64,000 nt of DNA, taken from assembly GCA_964057225.1 (NCBI GenBank), contig OZ059900.1, forward strand, positions 6,572,001 to 6,636,000, given 5' to 3'. The notes under the pieces are model-generated. The model made no database searches, was not told where the DNA came from, and saw only the letters and a program-made list of their open reading frames with translations. Below are positions 15,201 to 31,500 of the stretch, one piece after another. Every line of letters starts with the position of its first letter. Position 1 is the stretch's first letter. The DNA is from Auanema rhodensis (taxonomy: Eukaryota > Animalia > Nematoda). The translations under genes were made by a program, and so were the position numbers.

Positions 15201-18200
15201 CAATCTTTTTTTAGCAGAGAAAGGCAACTAGTTCATGAAAATTCCATACAATATCAACAAATGAAACAAAAACTTACGCAGCGAGCAGGGTTCGAACCTA
15301 CGCGGGCAATGCCCATTGGATTTCAAGTCCAACTCCTTAACCACTCGGACATCGCTGCTTATTTCAAGCAATCTTTTTTTAACAGAGAAAGGCAACTAGT
15401 TCAATGAAAATTCCATACAATATCAACAAATGAAACAAAAACTTACGCAGCGAGCAGGGTTCGAACCTACGCGGGCAATGCCCATTGGATTTCAAGTCCA
15501 ACTCCTTAACCACTCGGACATCGCTGCTTATTTCAAGCAATCTTTTTTTAACAGAGAAAGGCAACTAGTTCATGAAAATTCCATACAATATCAACAAATG
15601 AAACAAAAACTTACGCAGCGAGCAGGGTTCGAACCTACGCGGGCAATGCCCATTGGATTTCAAGTCCAACTCCTTAACCACTCGGACATCGCTGCTTATT
15701 TCAAGCAATCTTTTTTTAACAGAGAAAGGCAACTAGTTCATGAAAATTCCATACAATATCAACAAATGAAACAAAAACTTACGCAGCGAGCAGGGTTCGA
15801 ACCTACGCGGGCAATGCCCATTGGATTTCAAGTCCAACTCCTTAACCACTCGGACATCGCTGCTTATTTCAAGCAATCTTTTTTTAACAGAGAAAGGCAA
15901 CTAGTTCATAAAAATTCCATACAATATCAACAAAAGAAACAAAAACTTACGCAGCGAGCAGGGTTCGAACCTACGCGGGCAATGCCCATTGGATTTCAAG
16001 TCCAACTCCTTAACCACTCGGACATCGCTGCTTATTTCAAGCAATCTTTTTTTAACAGAGAAAGGCAACTAGTTCATAAAAATTCCATACAATATCAACA
16101 AAAGAAACAAAAACTTACGCAGCGAGCAGGGTTCGAACCTACGCGGGCAATGCCCATTGGATTTCAAGTCCAACTCCTTAACCACTCGGACATCGCTGCT
16201 TATTTCAAGCAATCTTTTTTTAACAGAGAAAGGCAACTAGTTCATAAAAATTCCATACAATATCAACAAAAGAAACAAAAACTTACGCAGCGAGCAGGGT
16301 TCGAACCTACGCGGGCAATGCCCATTGGATTTCAAGTCCAACTCCTTAACCACTCGGACATCGCTGCTTATTTCAAGCAATCCTTTTTTAACAGAGAAAG
16401 GCAACTAGTTCATAAAAGTTCCATACAATATCAACAAATGAAACAAAAACTTACGCAGCGAGCAGGGTTCGAACCTACGCGGGCAATGTCCATTGGATTT
16501 CAAGTCCAACTCCTTAACCACTCGGACATCGCTGCTTATTTCAAGCAATCTTTTTTTAACAGAGAAAGGCAACTAGTTCATAAAAATTCCATACAATATC
16601 AACAAAAGAAACAAAAACTTACGCAGCGAGCAGGGTTCGAACCTACGCGGGCAATGCCCATTGGATTTCAAGTCCAACTCCTTAACCACTCGGACATCGC
16701 TGCTTATTTCAAGCAATCTTTTTTTAACAGAGAAAGGCAACTAGTTCATAAAAATTCCATACAATATCAACAAAAGAAACAAAAACTTACGCAGCGAGCA
16801 GGGTTCGAACCTACGCGGGCAATGCCCATTGGATTTCAAGTCCAACTCCTTAACCACTCGGACATCGCTGCTTATTTCAAGCAATCCGTTTTTAATAGAG
16901 AAAGGCAACTAGTTCGTGAAAATTCCATACAATATCAACAAATGAAACAAAAACTTACGCAGCGAGCAGGGTTCGAACCTACGCGGGCAATGCCCATTGG
17001 ATTTCAAGTCCAACTCCTTAACCACTCGGACATCGCTGCTTATTTCAAGCAATCTTTTTTTAACAGAGAAAGGCAACTAGTTCATGAAAATTCCATACAA
17101 TATCAACAAATGAAACAAAAACTTACGCAGCGAGCAGGGTTCGAACCTACGCGGGCAATGCCCATTGGATTTCAAGTCCAACTCCTTAACCACTCGGACA
17201 TCGCTGCTTATTTCAAGCAATCTTTTTTTAACAGAGAAAGGCAACTAGTTCATGAAAATTCCATACAATATCAACAAATGAAACAAAAACTTACGCAGCG
17301 AGCAGGGTTCGAACCTACGCGGGCAATGCCCATTGGATTTCAAGTCCAACTCCTTAACCACTCGGACATCGCTGCTTATTTCAAGCAATCTTTTTTTAAC
17401 AGAGAAAGGCAACTAGTTCATAAAAATTCCATACAATATCAACAAAAGAAACAAAAACTTACGCAGCGAGCAGGGTTCGAACCTACGCGGGCAATGCCCA
17501 TTGGATTTCAAGTCCAACTCCTTAACCACTCGGACATCGCTGCTTATTTCAAGCAATCCGTTTTTAATAGAGAAAGGCAACTAGTTCATAAAAGTTCCAT
17601 ACAATATCAACAAATGAAACAAAAACTTACGCAGCGAGCAGGGTTCGAACCTACGCGGGCAATGCCCATTGGATTTCAAGTCCAACTCCTTAACCACTCG
17701 GACATCGCTGCTTATTTCAAGCAATCTTTTTTTAACAGAGAAAGGCAACTAGTTCATAAAAATTCCATACAATATCAACAAAAGAAACAAAAACTTACGC
17801 AGCGAGCAGGGTTCGAACCTACGCGGGCAATGCCCATTGGATTTCAAGTCCAACTCCTTAACCACTCGGACATCGCTGCTTATTTCAAGCAATCTTTTTT
17901 TAACAGAGAAAGGCAACTAGTTCATAAAAGTGCCATACAATATCAACAAATGAAACAAAAACTTACGCAGCGAGCAGGGTTCGAACCTACGCGGGCAATG
18001 CCCATTGGATTTCAAGTCCAACTCCTTAACCACTCGGACATCGCTGCTTATTTCAAGCAATCCTTTTTTAATAAAGAAAGGCAACTAGTTCATAAAAATT
18101 CCATACAATATCAACAAATGAAACAAAAACTTACGCAGCGAGCAGGGTTCGAACCTACGCGGGCAATGCCCATTGGATTTCAAGTCCAACTCCTTAACCA

Positions 18201-21200
18201 CTCGGACATCGCTGCTTATTTCAAGCAATCTTTTTTTAACAGAGAAAGGCAACTAGTTCATAAAAGTGCCATACAATATCAACAAATGAAACAAAAACTT
18301 ACGCAGCGAGCAGGGTTCGAACCTACGCGGGCAATGCCCATTGGATTTCAAGTCCAACTCCTTAACCACTCGGACATCGCTGCTTATTTCAAGCAATCCT
18401 TTTTTAATAAAGAAAGGCAACTAGTTCATAAAAATTCCATACAATATCAACAAATGAAACAAAAACTTACGCAGCGAGCAGGGTTCGAACCTACGCGGGC
18501 AATGCCCATTGGATTTCAAGTCCAACTCCTTAACCACTCGGACATCGCTGCTTATTTCAAGCAATTTTTTTTTAACAGAGAAAGGCAACTAGTTCATAAA
18601 AATTCCATACAATATCAACAAATGAAACAAAAACTTACGCAGCGAGCAGGGTTCGAACCTACGCGGGCAATGCCCATTGGATTTCAAGTCCAACTCCTTA
18701 ACCACTCGGACAACGCTGCTTATTTCAAGCAATCTTTTTTTAACAGAGAAAGGCAACTAGTTCATAAAAATTCCATACAATATCAACAAATGAAAAAAAA
18801 ACTTACGCAGCGAGCAGGGTTCGAACCTACGCGGGCAATGCCCATTGGATTTCAAGTTCAACTCCTTAACCACTCGGACATCGCTGCTTATTTCAAGCAA
18901 TCCTTTTTTAATAAAGAAAGGCAACTAGTTCATAAAAATTCCATACAATATCAACAAATGAAACAAAAACTTACGCAGCGAGCAGGGTTCGAACCTACGC
19001 GGGCAATGCCCATTGGATTTCAAGTCCAACTCCTTAACCACTCGGACATCGCTGCTTATTTCAAGCAATCTTTTTTTAACAGAGAAAGGCAACTAGTTCA
19101 TGAAAATTCCATACAATATCAACAAATGAAACAAAAACTTACGCAGCGAGCAGGGTTCGAACCTACGCGGGCAATGCCCATTGGATTTCAAGTCCAACTC
19201 CTTAACCACTCGGACATCGCTGCTTATTTCAAGCAATCTTTTTTTAACAGAGAAAGGCAACTAGTTCATAAAAATTCCATACAATATCAACAAAAGAAAC
19301 AAAAACTTACGCAGCGAGCAGGGTTCGAACCTACGCGGGCAATGCCCATTGGATTTCAAGTCCAACTCCTTAACCACTCGGACATCGCTGCTTATTTCAA
19401 GCAATCTTTTTTTAACAGAGAAAGGCAACTAGTTCATGAAAATTCCATACAATATCAACAAATGAAACAAAAACTTACGCAGCGAGCAGGGTTCGAACCT
19501 ACGCGGGCAATGCCCATTGGATTTCAAGTCCAACTCCTTAACCACTCGGACATCGCTGCTTATTTCAAGCAATCTTTTTTTAACAGAGAAAGGCAACTAG
19601 TTCATGAAAATTCCACACAATATCAACAAATGAAACAAAAACTTACGCAGCGAGCAGGGTTCGAACCTACGCGGGCAATGCCCATTGGATTTCAAGTCCA
19701 ACTCCTTAACCACTCGGACATCGCTGCTTATTTCAAGCAATTTTTTTTTAACAGAGAAAGGCAACTAGTTCATAAAAATTCCATACAATATCAACAAAAG
19801 AAACAAAAACTTACGCAGCGAGCAGGGTTCGAACCTACGCGGGCAATGCCCATTGGATTTCAAGTCCAACTCCTTAACCACTCGGACATCGCTGCTTATT
19901 TCAAGCAATCCGTTTTTAATAGAGAAAGGCAACTAGTTCATAAAAGTTCCATACAATATCAACAAATGAAACAAAAACTTACGCAGCGAGCAGGGTTCGA
20001 ACCTACGCGGGCAATGCCCATTGGATTTCAAGTCCAACTCCTTAACCACTCGGACATCGCTGCTTATTTCAAGCAATCTTTTTTTAACAGAGAAAGGCAA
20101 CTAGTTCATAAAAGTTCCATACAATATCAACAAATGAAACAAAAACTTACGCAGCGAGCAGGGTTCGAACCTACGCGGGCAATGCCCATTGGATTTCAAG
20201 TCCAACTCCTTAACCACTCGGACATCGCTGCTTATTTCAAGCAATCTTTTTTTAACAGAGAAAGGCAACTAGTTCATAAAAGTTCCATACAATATCAACA
20301 AATGAAACAAAAACTTACGCAGCGAGCAGGGTTCGAACCTACGCGGGCAATGCCCATTGGATTTCAAGTCCAACTCCTTAACCACTCGGACATCGCTGCT
20401 TATTTCAAGCAATCCGTTTTTAATAGAGAAAGGCAACTAGTTCATAAAAGTTCCATACAATATCAACAAATGAAACAAAAACTTACGCAGCGAGCAGGGT
20501 TCGAACCTACGCGGGCAATGCCCATTGGATTTCAAGTCCAACTCCTTAACCACTCGGACATCGCTGCTTATTTCAAGCAATCTTTTTTTAACAGAGAAAG
20601 GCAACTAGTTCATAAAAATTCCATACAATATCAACAAAAGAAACAAAAACTTACGCAGCGAGCAGGGTTCGAACCTACGCGGGCAATGCCCATTGGATTT
20701 CAAGTCCAACTCCTTAACCACTCGGACATCGCTGCTTATTTCAAGCAATCTTTTTTTAACAGAGAAAGGCAACTAGTTCATAAAAGTTCCATACAATATC
20801 AACAAATGAAACAAAAACTTACGCAGCGAGCAGGGTTCGAACCTACGCGGGCAATGCCCATTGGATTTCAAGTCCAACTCCTTAACCACTCGGACATCGC
20901 TGCTTATTTCAAGCAATCCGTTTTTAATAGAGAAAGGCAACTAGTTCATAAAAGTTCCATACAATATCAACAAATGAAACAAAAACTTACGCAGCGAGCA
21001 GGGTTCGAACCTACGCGGGCAATGCCCATTGGATTTCAAGTCCAACTCCTTAACCACTCGGACATCGCTGCTTATTTCAAGCAATCTTTTTTTAACAGAG
21101 AAAGGCAACTAGTTCATAAAAATTCCATACAATATCAACAAAAGAAACAAAAACTTACGCAGCGAGCAGGGTTCGAACCTACGCGGGCAATGCCCATTGG

Positions 21201-22501
21201 ATTTCAAGTCCAACTCCTTAACCACTCGGACATCGCTGCTTATTTCAAGCAATCTTTTTTTAACAGAGAAAGTCAACTAGTTCATAAAAATTCCATACAA
21301 TATCAACAAATGAAACAAAAACTTACGCAGCGAGCAGGGTTCGAACCTACGCGGGCAATGCCCATTGGATTTCAAGTCCAACTCCTTAACCACTCGGACA
21401 TCGCTGCTTATTTCAAGCAATCCTTTTTTAATAGAGAAAGGCAACTAGTTCATAAAAATTCCATACAATATCAACAAATGAAACAAAAACTTACGCAGCG
21501 AGCAGGGTTCGAACCTACGCGGGCAATGCCCATTGGATTTCAAGTCCAACTCCTTAACCACTCGGACATCGCTGCTTATTTCAAGCAATCCTTTTTTAAT
21601 AGAGAAAGGCAACTAGTTCATGAAAATTCCATACAATATCAACAAATGAAACAAAAACTTACGCAGCGAGCAGGGTTCGAACCTACGCGGGCAATGCCCA
21701 TTGGATTTCAAGTCCAACTCCTTAACCACTCGGACATCGCTGCTTATTTCAAGCAATCTTTTTTTAACAGAGAAAGGCAACTAGTTCATGAAAATTCCAT
21801 ACAATATCAACAAATGAGACAAAAACTTACGCAGCGAGCAGGGTTCGAACCTGCGCGGGCAATGCCCATTGGATTTCAAGTCCAACTCCTTAACCACTCG
21901 GACATCGCTGCTTATTTCAAGCAATCTTTTTTTAATAGAGAAAGGCAACTAGTTCATAAAAACTCCATACAATATCAACAAATGAAACAAAAACTTACGC
22001 AGCGAGCAGGGTTCGAACCTACGCGGGCAATGCCCATTGGATTTCAAGTTCAACTCCTTAACCACTCGGACATCGCTGCTTATTTCAAGCAATCCTTTTT
22101 TAATAGAGAAAGGCAACTAGTTCATAAAAATTCCATACAATATCAACAAATGAAACAAAAACTTACGCAGCGAGCAGGGTTCGAACCTACGCGGGCAATG
22201 CCCATTGGATTTCAAGTCCAACTCCTTAACCACTCGGACATCGCTGCTTATTTCTAGCAATCTTTTTTTAACAGAGAAAGGCAACTAGTTCATAAAAATT
22301 CCATACAATATCAACAAATGAAACAAAAACTTACGCAGCGAGCAGGGTTCGAACCTACGCGGGCAATGCCCACTGGATTTCAAGTCCAACTCCTTAACCA
22401 CTCGGACATCGCTGCTTATTTCTAGCAATCTTTTTTTAACAGAGAAAGGCAACTAGTTCATGAAAATTCCATACAATATCAACAAATGAAACAAAAACTT
22501 A

Positions 22502-22583
22502 CCAAGCGAGCAGGTTTTGAACCTACGCGGGCAATGCCCATTGGATTTCAAGTCCAACTCCTTAACCACTCGGACATCGCTGC
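22502..22583 (-). pseudogene. Damaged tRNA-Ser(TGA) copy
   Basis: accaagcgagcaggttttga versus consensus acgcagcgagcagggttcga: acceptor-stem and T-loop/B-box substitutions. Confidence 0.7.
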
Positions 22584-25500
22584 TTATTTCAAGCAATCTT
22601 TTTTTAACAGAGAAAGGCAACTAGTTCATAAAAATTCCATACAATATCAACAAATGAAACAAAAACTTACGCAGCGAGCAGGGTTCGAACCTACGCGGGC
22701 AATGCCCATTGGATTTCAAGTCCAACTCCTTAACCACTCGGACATCGCTGCTTATTTCAAGCAATCTTTTTTTAACAGAGAAAGGCAACTAGTTCATGAA
22801 AATTCCATACAATATCAACAAATGAAACAAAAACTTACGCAGCGAGCAGGGTTCGAACCTACGCGGGCAATGCCCATTGGATTTCAAGTCCAACTCCTTA
22901 ACCACTCGGACATCGCTGCTTATTTCAAGCAATCTTTTTTTAACAGAGAAAGGCAACTAGTTCATGAAAATTCCATACAATATCAACAAATGAAACAAAA
23001 ACTTACGCAGCGAGCAGTGTTCGAACCTACGCGGGCAATGCCCATTGGATTTCAAGTCCAACTCCTTAACCACTCGGACATCGCTGCTTATTTCAAGCAA
23101 TCGTTTTTTAATGGAGAAAGGCAACTAGTTCATAAAAATTCCATACAATATCAACAAATGAAACAAAAACTTACGCAGCGAGCAGGGTTCGAACCTACGC
23201 GGGCAATGCCCATTGGATTTCAAGTCCAACTCCTTAACCACTCGGACATCGCTGCTTATTTCAAGCAATCTTTTTTTAACAGAGAAAGGCAACTAGTTCA
23301 TGAAAATTCCATACAATATCAACAAATGAAACAAAAACTTACGCAGCGAGCAGGGTTCGAACCTACGCGGGCAATGCCCATTGGATTTCAAGTCCAACTC
23401 CTTAACCACTCGGACATCGCTGCTTATTTCATGCAATCCTTTTTTAATAGAGAAAGGCAACTAGTTCATGAAAATTCCATACAATATCAACAAATGAAAC
23501 AAAAACTTACGCAGCGAGCAGGGTTCGAACCTACGCGGGCAATGCCCATTGGATTTCAAGTCCAACTCCTTAACCACTCGGACATCGCTGCTTATTTCAT
23601 GCAATCCTTTTTTAATAGAGAAAGGCAACTAGTTCATAAAAATTCCATACAATATCAACAAATGAAACAAAAACTTACGCAGCGAGCAGGGTTCGAACCT
23701 ACGCGGGCAATGCCCATTGGATTTCAAGTCCAACTCCTTAACCACTCGGACATCGCTGCTTATTTCAAGCAATCCTTTTTTAATAGAGAAAGGCAACTAG
23801 TTCATAAAAATTCCATACAATATCAACAAATGAAACAAAAACTTACGCAGCGAGCAGGGTTCGAACCTACGCGGGCAATGCCCATTGGATTTCAAGTCCA
23901 ACTCCTTAACCACTCGGACATCGCTGCTTATTTCAAGCAATCCTTTTTTAATAGAGAAAGGCAACTAGTTCATAAAAATTCCATACAATATCAACAAATG
24001 AAACAAAAACTTACGCAGCGAGCAGGGTTCGAACCTACGCGGGCAATGCCCATTGGATTTCAAGTCCAACTCCTTAACCACTCGGACATCGCTGCTTATT
24101 TCATGCAATCCTTTTTTAATAGAGAAAGGCAACTAGTTCATAAAAATTCCATACAATATCAACAAATGAAACAAAAACTTACGCAGCGAGCAGGGTTCGA
24201 ACCTACGCGGGCAATGCCCATTGGATTTCAAGTCCAACTCCTTAACCACTCGGACATCGCTGCTTATTTCAAGCAATCTTTTTTTAACAGAGAAAGGCAA
24301 CTAGTTCATGAAAATTCCATACAATATCAACAAATGAAACAAAAACTTACGCAGCGAGCAGGGTTCGAACCTACGCGGGCAATGCCCATTGGATTTCAAG
24401 TCCAACTCCTTAACCACTCGGACATCGCTGCTTATTTCATGCAATCCTTTTTTAATAGAGAAAGGCAACTAGTTCATAAAAATTCCATACAATATCAACA
24501 AATGAAACAAAAACTTACGCAGCGAGCAGGGTTCGAACCTACGCGGGCAATGCCCATTGGATTTCAAGTCCAACTCCTTAACCACTCGGACATCGCTGCT
24601 TATTTCAAGCAATCCTTTTTTAATAGAGAAAGGCAACTAGTTCATAAAAATTCCATACAATATCAACAAATGAAACAAAAACTTACGCAGCGAGCAGGGT
24701 TCGAACCTACGCGGGCAATGCCCATTGGATTTCAAGTCCAACTCCTTAACCACTCGGACATCGCTGCTTATTTCAAGCAATCCTTTTTTAATAGAGAAAG
24801 GCAACTAGTTCATAAAAATTCCATACAATATCAACAAATGAAACAAAAACTTACGCAGCGAGCAGGGTTCGAACCTACGCGGGCAATGCCCATTGGATTT
24901 CAAGTCCAACTCCTTAACCACTCGGACATCGCTGCTTATTTCATGCAATCCTTTTTTAATAGAGAAAGGCAACTAGTTCATAAAAATTCCATACAATATC
25001 AACAAATGAAACAAAAACTTACGCAGCGAGCAGGGTTCGAACCTACGCGGGCAATGCCCATTGGATTTCAAGTCCAACTCCTTAACCACTCGGACATCGC
25101 TGCTTATTTCAAGCAATCCTTTTTTAATAGAGAAAGGCAACTAGTTCATAAAAATTCCATACAATATCAACAAATGAAACAAAAACTTACGCAGCGAGCA
25201 GGGTTCGAACCTACGCGGGCAATGCCCATTGGATTTCAAGTCCAACTCCTTAACCACTCGGACATCGCTGCTTATTTCAAGCAATCCTTTTTTAATAGAG
25301 AAAGGCAACTAGTTCATAAAAATTCCATACAATATCAACAAATGAAACAAAAACTTACGCAGCGAGCAGGGTTCGAACCTACGCGGGCAATGCCCATTGG
25401 ATTTCAAGTCCAACTCCTTAACCACTCGGACATCGCTGCTTATTTCAAGCAATCTTTTTTTAACAGAGAAAGGCAACTAGTTCATGAAAATTCCATACAA

Positions 25501-28500
25501 TATCAACAAATGAAACAAAAACTTACGCAGCGAGCAGGGTTCGAACCTACGCGGGCAATGCCCATTCGATTTCAAGTCCAACTCCTTAACCACTCGGACA
25601 TCGCTGCTTATTTCAAGCAATCCTTTTTTAATAGAGAAAGGCAACTAGTTTATAAAAATTCCATACAATATCAACAAATGAAACAAAAACTTACGCAGCG
25701 AGCAGGGTTCGAATCTACGCGGGCAATGCCCATTGGATTTCAAGTCCAACTCCTTAACCACTCGGACATCGCTGCTTATTTCAAGCAATCTTTTTTTAAC
25801 AGAGAAAGGCAACTAGTTCATAAAAATTCCATACAATATCAACAAATGAAACAAAAACTTACGCAGCGAGCAGGGTTCGAACCTACGCGGGCAATGCCCA
25901 TTGGATTTCAAGTCCAACTCCTTAACCACTCGGACATCGCTGCTTATTTCAAGCAATCTTTTTTTAACAGAGAAAGGCAACTACTTCATAAAAATTCCAT
26001 ACAATATCAACAAAAGAAACAAAAACTTACGCAGCGAGCAGGGTTCGAACCTACGCGGGCAATGCCCATTGGATTTCAAGTCCAACTCCTTAACCACTCG
26101 GACATCGCTGCTTATTTCAAGCAATCCTTTTTTAATAGAGAAAGGCAACTAGTTCATAAAAATTCCATACAATATCAACAAATGAAACAAAAACTTACGC
26201 AGCGAGCAGGGTTCGAACCTACGCGGGCAATGCCCATTGGATTTCAAGTCCAACTCCTTAACCACTCGGACATCGCTGCTTATTTCAAGCAATCTTTTTT
26301 TAACAGAGAAAGGCAACTAGTTCATGAAAATTCCATACAATATCAACAAATGAAACAAAAACTTACGCAGCGAGCAGGGTTCGAACCTACGCGGGCAATG
26401 CCCATTGGATTTCAAGTCCAACTCCTTAACCACTCGGACATCGCTGCTTATTTCAAGCAATCTTTTTTTAACAGAGAAAGGCAACTAGTTCATAAAAATT
26501 CCATACAATATCAACAAATGAAACAAAAACTTACGCAGCGAGCAGGGTTCGAACCTACGCGGGCAATGCCCATTGGATTTCAAGTCCAACTCCTTAAGCA
26601 CTCGGACATCGCTGCTTATTTCAAGCAATCTTTTTTTAACAGAGAAAGGCAACTAGTTCATAAAAATTCCATACAATATCAACAAAAGAAACAAAAACTT
26701 ACGCAGCGAGCAGGGTTCGAACCTACGCGGGCAATGCCCATTGGATTTCAAGTCCAACTCCTTAACCACTCGGACATCGCTGCTTATTTCAAGCAATCCT
26801 TTTTTAATAGAGAAAGGCAACTAGTTCATAAAAATTCCATACAATATCAACAAATGAAACAAAAACTTACGCAGCGAGCAGGGTTCGAACCTACGCGGGC
26901 AATGCCCATTGGATTTCAAGTCCAACTCCTTAACCACTCGGACATCGCTGCTTATTTCAAGCAATCTTTTTTTAACAGAGAAAGGCAACTAGTTCATGAA
27001 AATTCCATACAATATCAACAAATGAAACAAAAACTTACGCAGCGAGCAGGGTTCGAACCTACGCGGGCAATGCCCATTGGATTTCAAGTCCAACTCCTTA
27101 ACCACTCGGACATCGCTGCTTATTTCAAGCAATCCTTTTTTAATAGAGAAAGGCAACTAGTTCATAAAAATTCCATACAATATCAACAAATGAAACAAAA
27201 ACTTACGCAGCGAGCATGGTTCGAACCTACGCGGGCAATGCCCATTGGATTTCAAGTCCAACTCCTTAACCACTCGGACATCGCTGCTTATTTCAAGCAA
27301 TCTTTTTTTAACAGAGAAAGGCAACTAGTTCATAAAAATTCCATACAATATCAACAAATGAAACAAAAACTTACGCAGCGAGCAGGGTTCGAACCTACGC
27401 GGGCAATGCCCATTGGATTTCAAGTCCAACTCCTTAACCACTCGGACATCGCTGCTTATTTCAAGCAATCTTTTTTTAACAGAGAAAGGCAACTAGTTCA
27501 TAAAAATTTGATACAATATCAACAAATGAAACAAAAACTTACGCAGCGAGCAGGGTTCGAACCTACGCGGGCAATGCCCATTGGATTTCAAGTCCAACTC
27601 CTTAACCACTCGGACATCGCTGCTTATTTCAAGCAATCTTTTTTTAATAGAGAAAGGCAACTAGTTCATGAAAATTCCATACAATATCAACAAATGAAAC
27701 AAAAACTTACGCAGCGAGCAGGGTTCGAACCTACGCGGGCAATGCCCATTGGATTTCAAGTCCAACTCCTTAACCACTCGGACATCGCTGCTTATTTCAA
27801 GCAATCTTTTTTTAACAGAGAAAGGCAACTAGTTCATGAAAATTCCATACAATATCAACAAATGAAACAAAAACTTACGCAGCGAGCAGGGTTCGAACCT
27901 ACGCGGGCAATGCCCATTGGATTTCAAGTCCAACTCCTTAACCACTCGGACATCGCTGCTTATTTCAAGCAATCCTTTTTTAATAGAGAAAGGCAACTAG
28001 TTCATGAAAATTCCATACAATATCAACAAATGAAACAAAAACTTACGCAGCGAGCAGGGTTCGAACCTACGCGGGCAATGCCCATTGGATTTCAAGTCCA
28101 ACTCCTTAACCACTCGGACATCGCTGCTTATTTCAAGCAATCTTTTTTTAACAGAGAAAGGCAACTAGTTCATAAAAATTCCATACAATATCAACAAATG
28201 AAACAAAAACTTACGCAGCGAGCAGGGTTCGAACCTACGCGGGCAATGCCCATTGGATTTCAAGTCCAACTCCTTAACCACTCGGACATCGCTGCTTATT
28301 TCAAGCAATCTTTTTTTAACAGAGAAAGGCAACTAGTTCATAAAAATTCCATACAATATCAACAAAAGAAACAAAAACTTACGCAGCGAGCAGGGTTCGA
28401 ACCTACGCGGGCAATGCCCATTGGATTTCAAGTCCAACTCCTTAACCACTCGGACATCGCTGCTTATTTCAAGCAATCCTTTTTTAATAGAGAAAGGCAA

Positions 28501-31500
28501 CTAGTTCATAAAAATTCCATACAATATCAACAAATGAAACAAAAACTTACGCAGCGAGCAGGGTTCGAACCTACGCGGGCAATGCCCATTGGATTTCAAG
28601 TCCAACTCCTTAACCACTCGGACATCGCTGCTTATTTCAAGCAATCTTTTTTTAACAGAGAAAGGCAACTAGTTCATAAAAATTCCATACAATATCAACA
28701 AATGAAACAAAAACTTACGCAGCGAGCAGGGTTCGAACCTACGCGGGCAATGCCCATTGGATTTCAAGTCCAACTCCTTAACCACTCGGACATCGCTGCT
28801 TATTTCAAGCAATCTTTTTTTAACAGAGAAAGGCAACTAGTTCATAAAAATTCCATACAATATCAACAAATGAAACAAAAACTTACGCAGCGAGCAGGGT
28901 TCGAACCTACGCGGGCATTGCCCATTGGATTTCAAGTCCAACTCCTTAACCACTCGGACATCGCTGCTTATTTCAAGTAATCTTTTTTTAATGGAGAAAG
29001 GCAACTAGTTCATAAAAATTCCATACAATATCAACAAATGAAACAGAAACTTACGCAGCGAGCAGGGTTCGAACCTACGCGGGCAATGCCCATTGGATTT
29101 CAAGTCCAACTCCTTAACCACTCGGACATCGCTGCTTATTTCAAGCAATCCTTTTTTAATAGAGAAAGGCAACTAGTTCATGAAAATTCCATACAATATC
29201 AACAAATGAAACAGAAACTTACGCAGCGAGCAGGGTTCGAACCTACGCGGGCAATGCCCATTGGATTTCAAGTCCAACTCCTTAACCACTCGGACATCGC
29301 TGCTTATTTCAAGCAATCCTTTTTTAATAGAGAAAGGCAACTAGTTCATGAAAATTCCATACAATATCAACAAATGAAACAAAAACTTACGCAGCGAGCA
29401 GGGTTCGAACCTACGCGGGCAATGCCCATTGGATTTCAAGTCCAACTCCTTAACCACTCGGACATCGCTGCTTATTTCAAGCAATCTTTTTTTAACAGAG
29501 AAAGGCAACTAGTTCATAAAAATTCCATACAATATCAACAAATGAAACAAAAACTTACGCAGCGAGCAGGGTTCGAACCTACGCGGGCAATGCCCATTGG
29601 ATTTCAAGTCCAACTCCTTAACCACTCGGACATCGCTGCTTATTTCAAGCAATCTTTTTTTAACAGAGAAAGGCAACTAGTTCATAAAAATTCCATACAA
29701 TATCAACAAATGAAACAAAAACTTACGCAGCGAGCAGGGTTCGAACCTACGCGGGCAATGCCCATTGGATTTCAAGTCCAACTCCTTAACCACTCGGACA
29801 TCGCTGCTTATTTCAAGCAATCTTTTTTTAACAGAGAAAGGCAACTAGTTCATAAAAATTCCATACAATATCAACAAAAGAAACAAAAACTTACGCAGCG
29901 AGCAGGGTTCGAACCTACGCGGGCAATGCCCATTGGATTTCAAGTCCAACTCCTTAACCACTCGGACATCGCTGCTTATTTCAAGCAATCCTTTTTTAAT
30001 AGAGAAAGGCAACTAGTTCATAAAAATTCCATACAATATCAACAAATGAAACAAAAACTTACGCAGCGAGCAGGGTTCGAACCTACGCGGGCAATGCCCA
30101 TTGGATTTCAAGTCCAACTCCTTAACCACTCGGACATCGCTGCTTATTTCAAGCAATCTTTTTTTAACAGAGAAAGGCAACTAGTTCATAAAAATTCCAT
30201 ACAATATCAACAAATGAAACAAAAACTTACGCAGCGAGCAGGGTTCGAACCTACGCGGGCAATGCCCATTGGATTTCAAGTCCAACTCCTTAACCACTCG
30301 GACATCGCTGCTTATTTCAAGCAATCTTTTTTTAACAGAGAAAGGCAACTAGTTCATAAAAATTCCATACAATATCAACAAATGAAACAAAAACTTACGC
30401 AGCGAGCAGGGTTCGAACCTACGCGGGCATTGCCCATTGGATTTCAAGTCCAACTCCTTAACCACTCGGACATCGCTGCTTATTTCAAGTAATCTTTTTT
30501 TAATGGAGAAAGGCAACTAGTTCATAAAAATTCCATACAATATCAACAAATGAAACAGAAACTTACGCAGCGAGCAGGGTTCGAACCTACGCGGGCAATG
30601 CCCATTGGATTTCAAGTCCAACTCCTTAACCACTCGGACATCGCTGCTTATTTCAAGCAATCCTTTTTTAATAGAGAAAGGCAACTAGTTCATGAAAATT
30701 CCATACAATATCAACAAATGAAACAAAAACTTACGCAGCGAGCAGGGTTCGAACCTACGCGGGCAATGCCCATTGGATTTCAAGTCCAACTCCTTAACCA
30801 CTCGGACATCGCTGCTTATTTCAAGCAATCTTTTTTTAACAGAGAAAGGCAACTAGTTCATAAAAATTCCATACAATATCAACAAATGAAACAAAAACTT
30901 ACGCAGCGAGCAGGGTTCGAACCTACGCGGGCAATGCCCATTGGATTTCAAGTCCAACTCCTTAACCACTCGGACATCGCTGCTTATTTCAAGCAATCTT
31001 TTTTTAACAGAGAAAGGCAACTAGTTCATAAAAATTCCATACAATATCAACAAAAGAAACAAAAACTTACGCAGCGAGCAGGGTTCGAACCTACGCGGGC
31101 AATGCCCATTGGATTTCAAGTCCAACTCCTTAACCACTCGGACATCGCTGCTTATTTCAAGCAATCCTTTTTTAATAGAGAAAGGCAACTAGTTCATAAA
31201 AATTCCATACAATATCAACAAATGAAACAAAAACTTACGCAGCGAGCAGGGTTCGAACCTACGCGGGCAATGCCCATTGGATTTCAAGTCCAACTCCTTA
31301 ACCACTCGGACATCGCTGCTTATTTCAAGCAATCTTTTTTTAACAGAGAAAGGCAACTAGTTCATAAAAATTCCATACAATATCAACAAATGAAACAAAA
31401 ACTTACGCAGCGAGCAGGGTTCGAACCTACGCGGGCAATGCCCATTGGATTTCAAGTCCAACTCCTTAACCACTCGGACATCGCTGCTTATTTCAAGCAA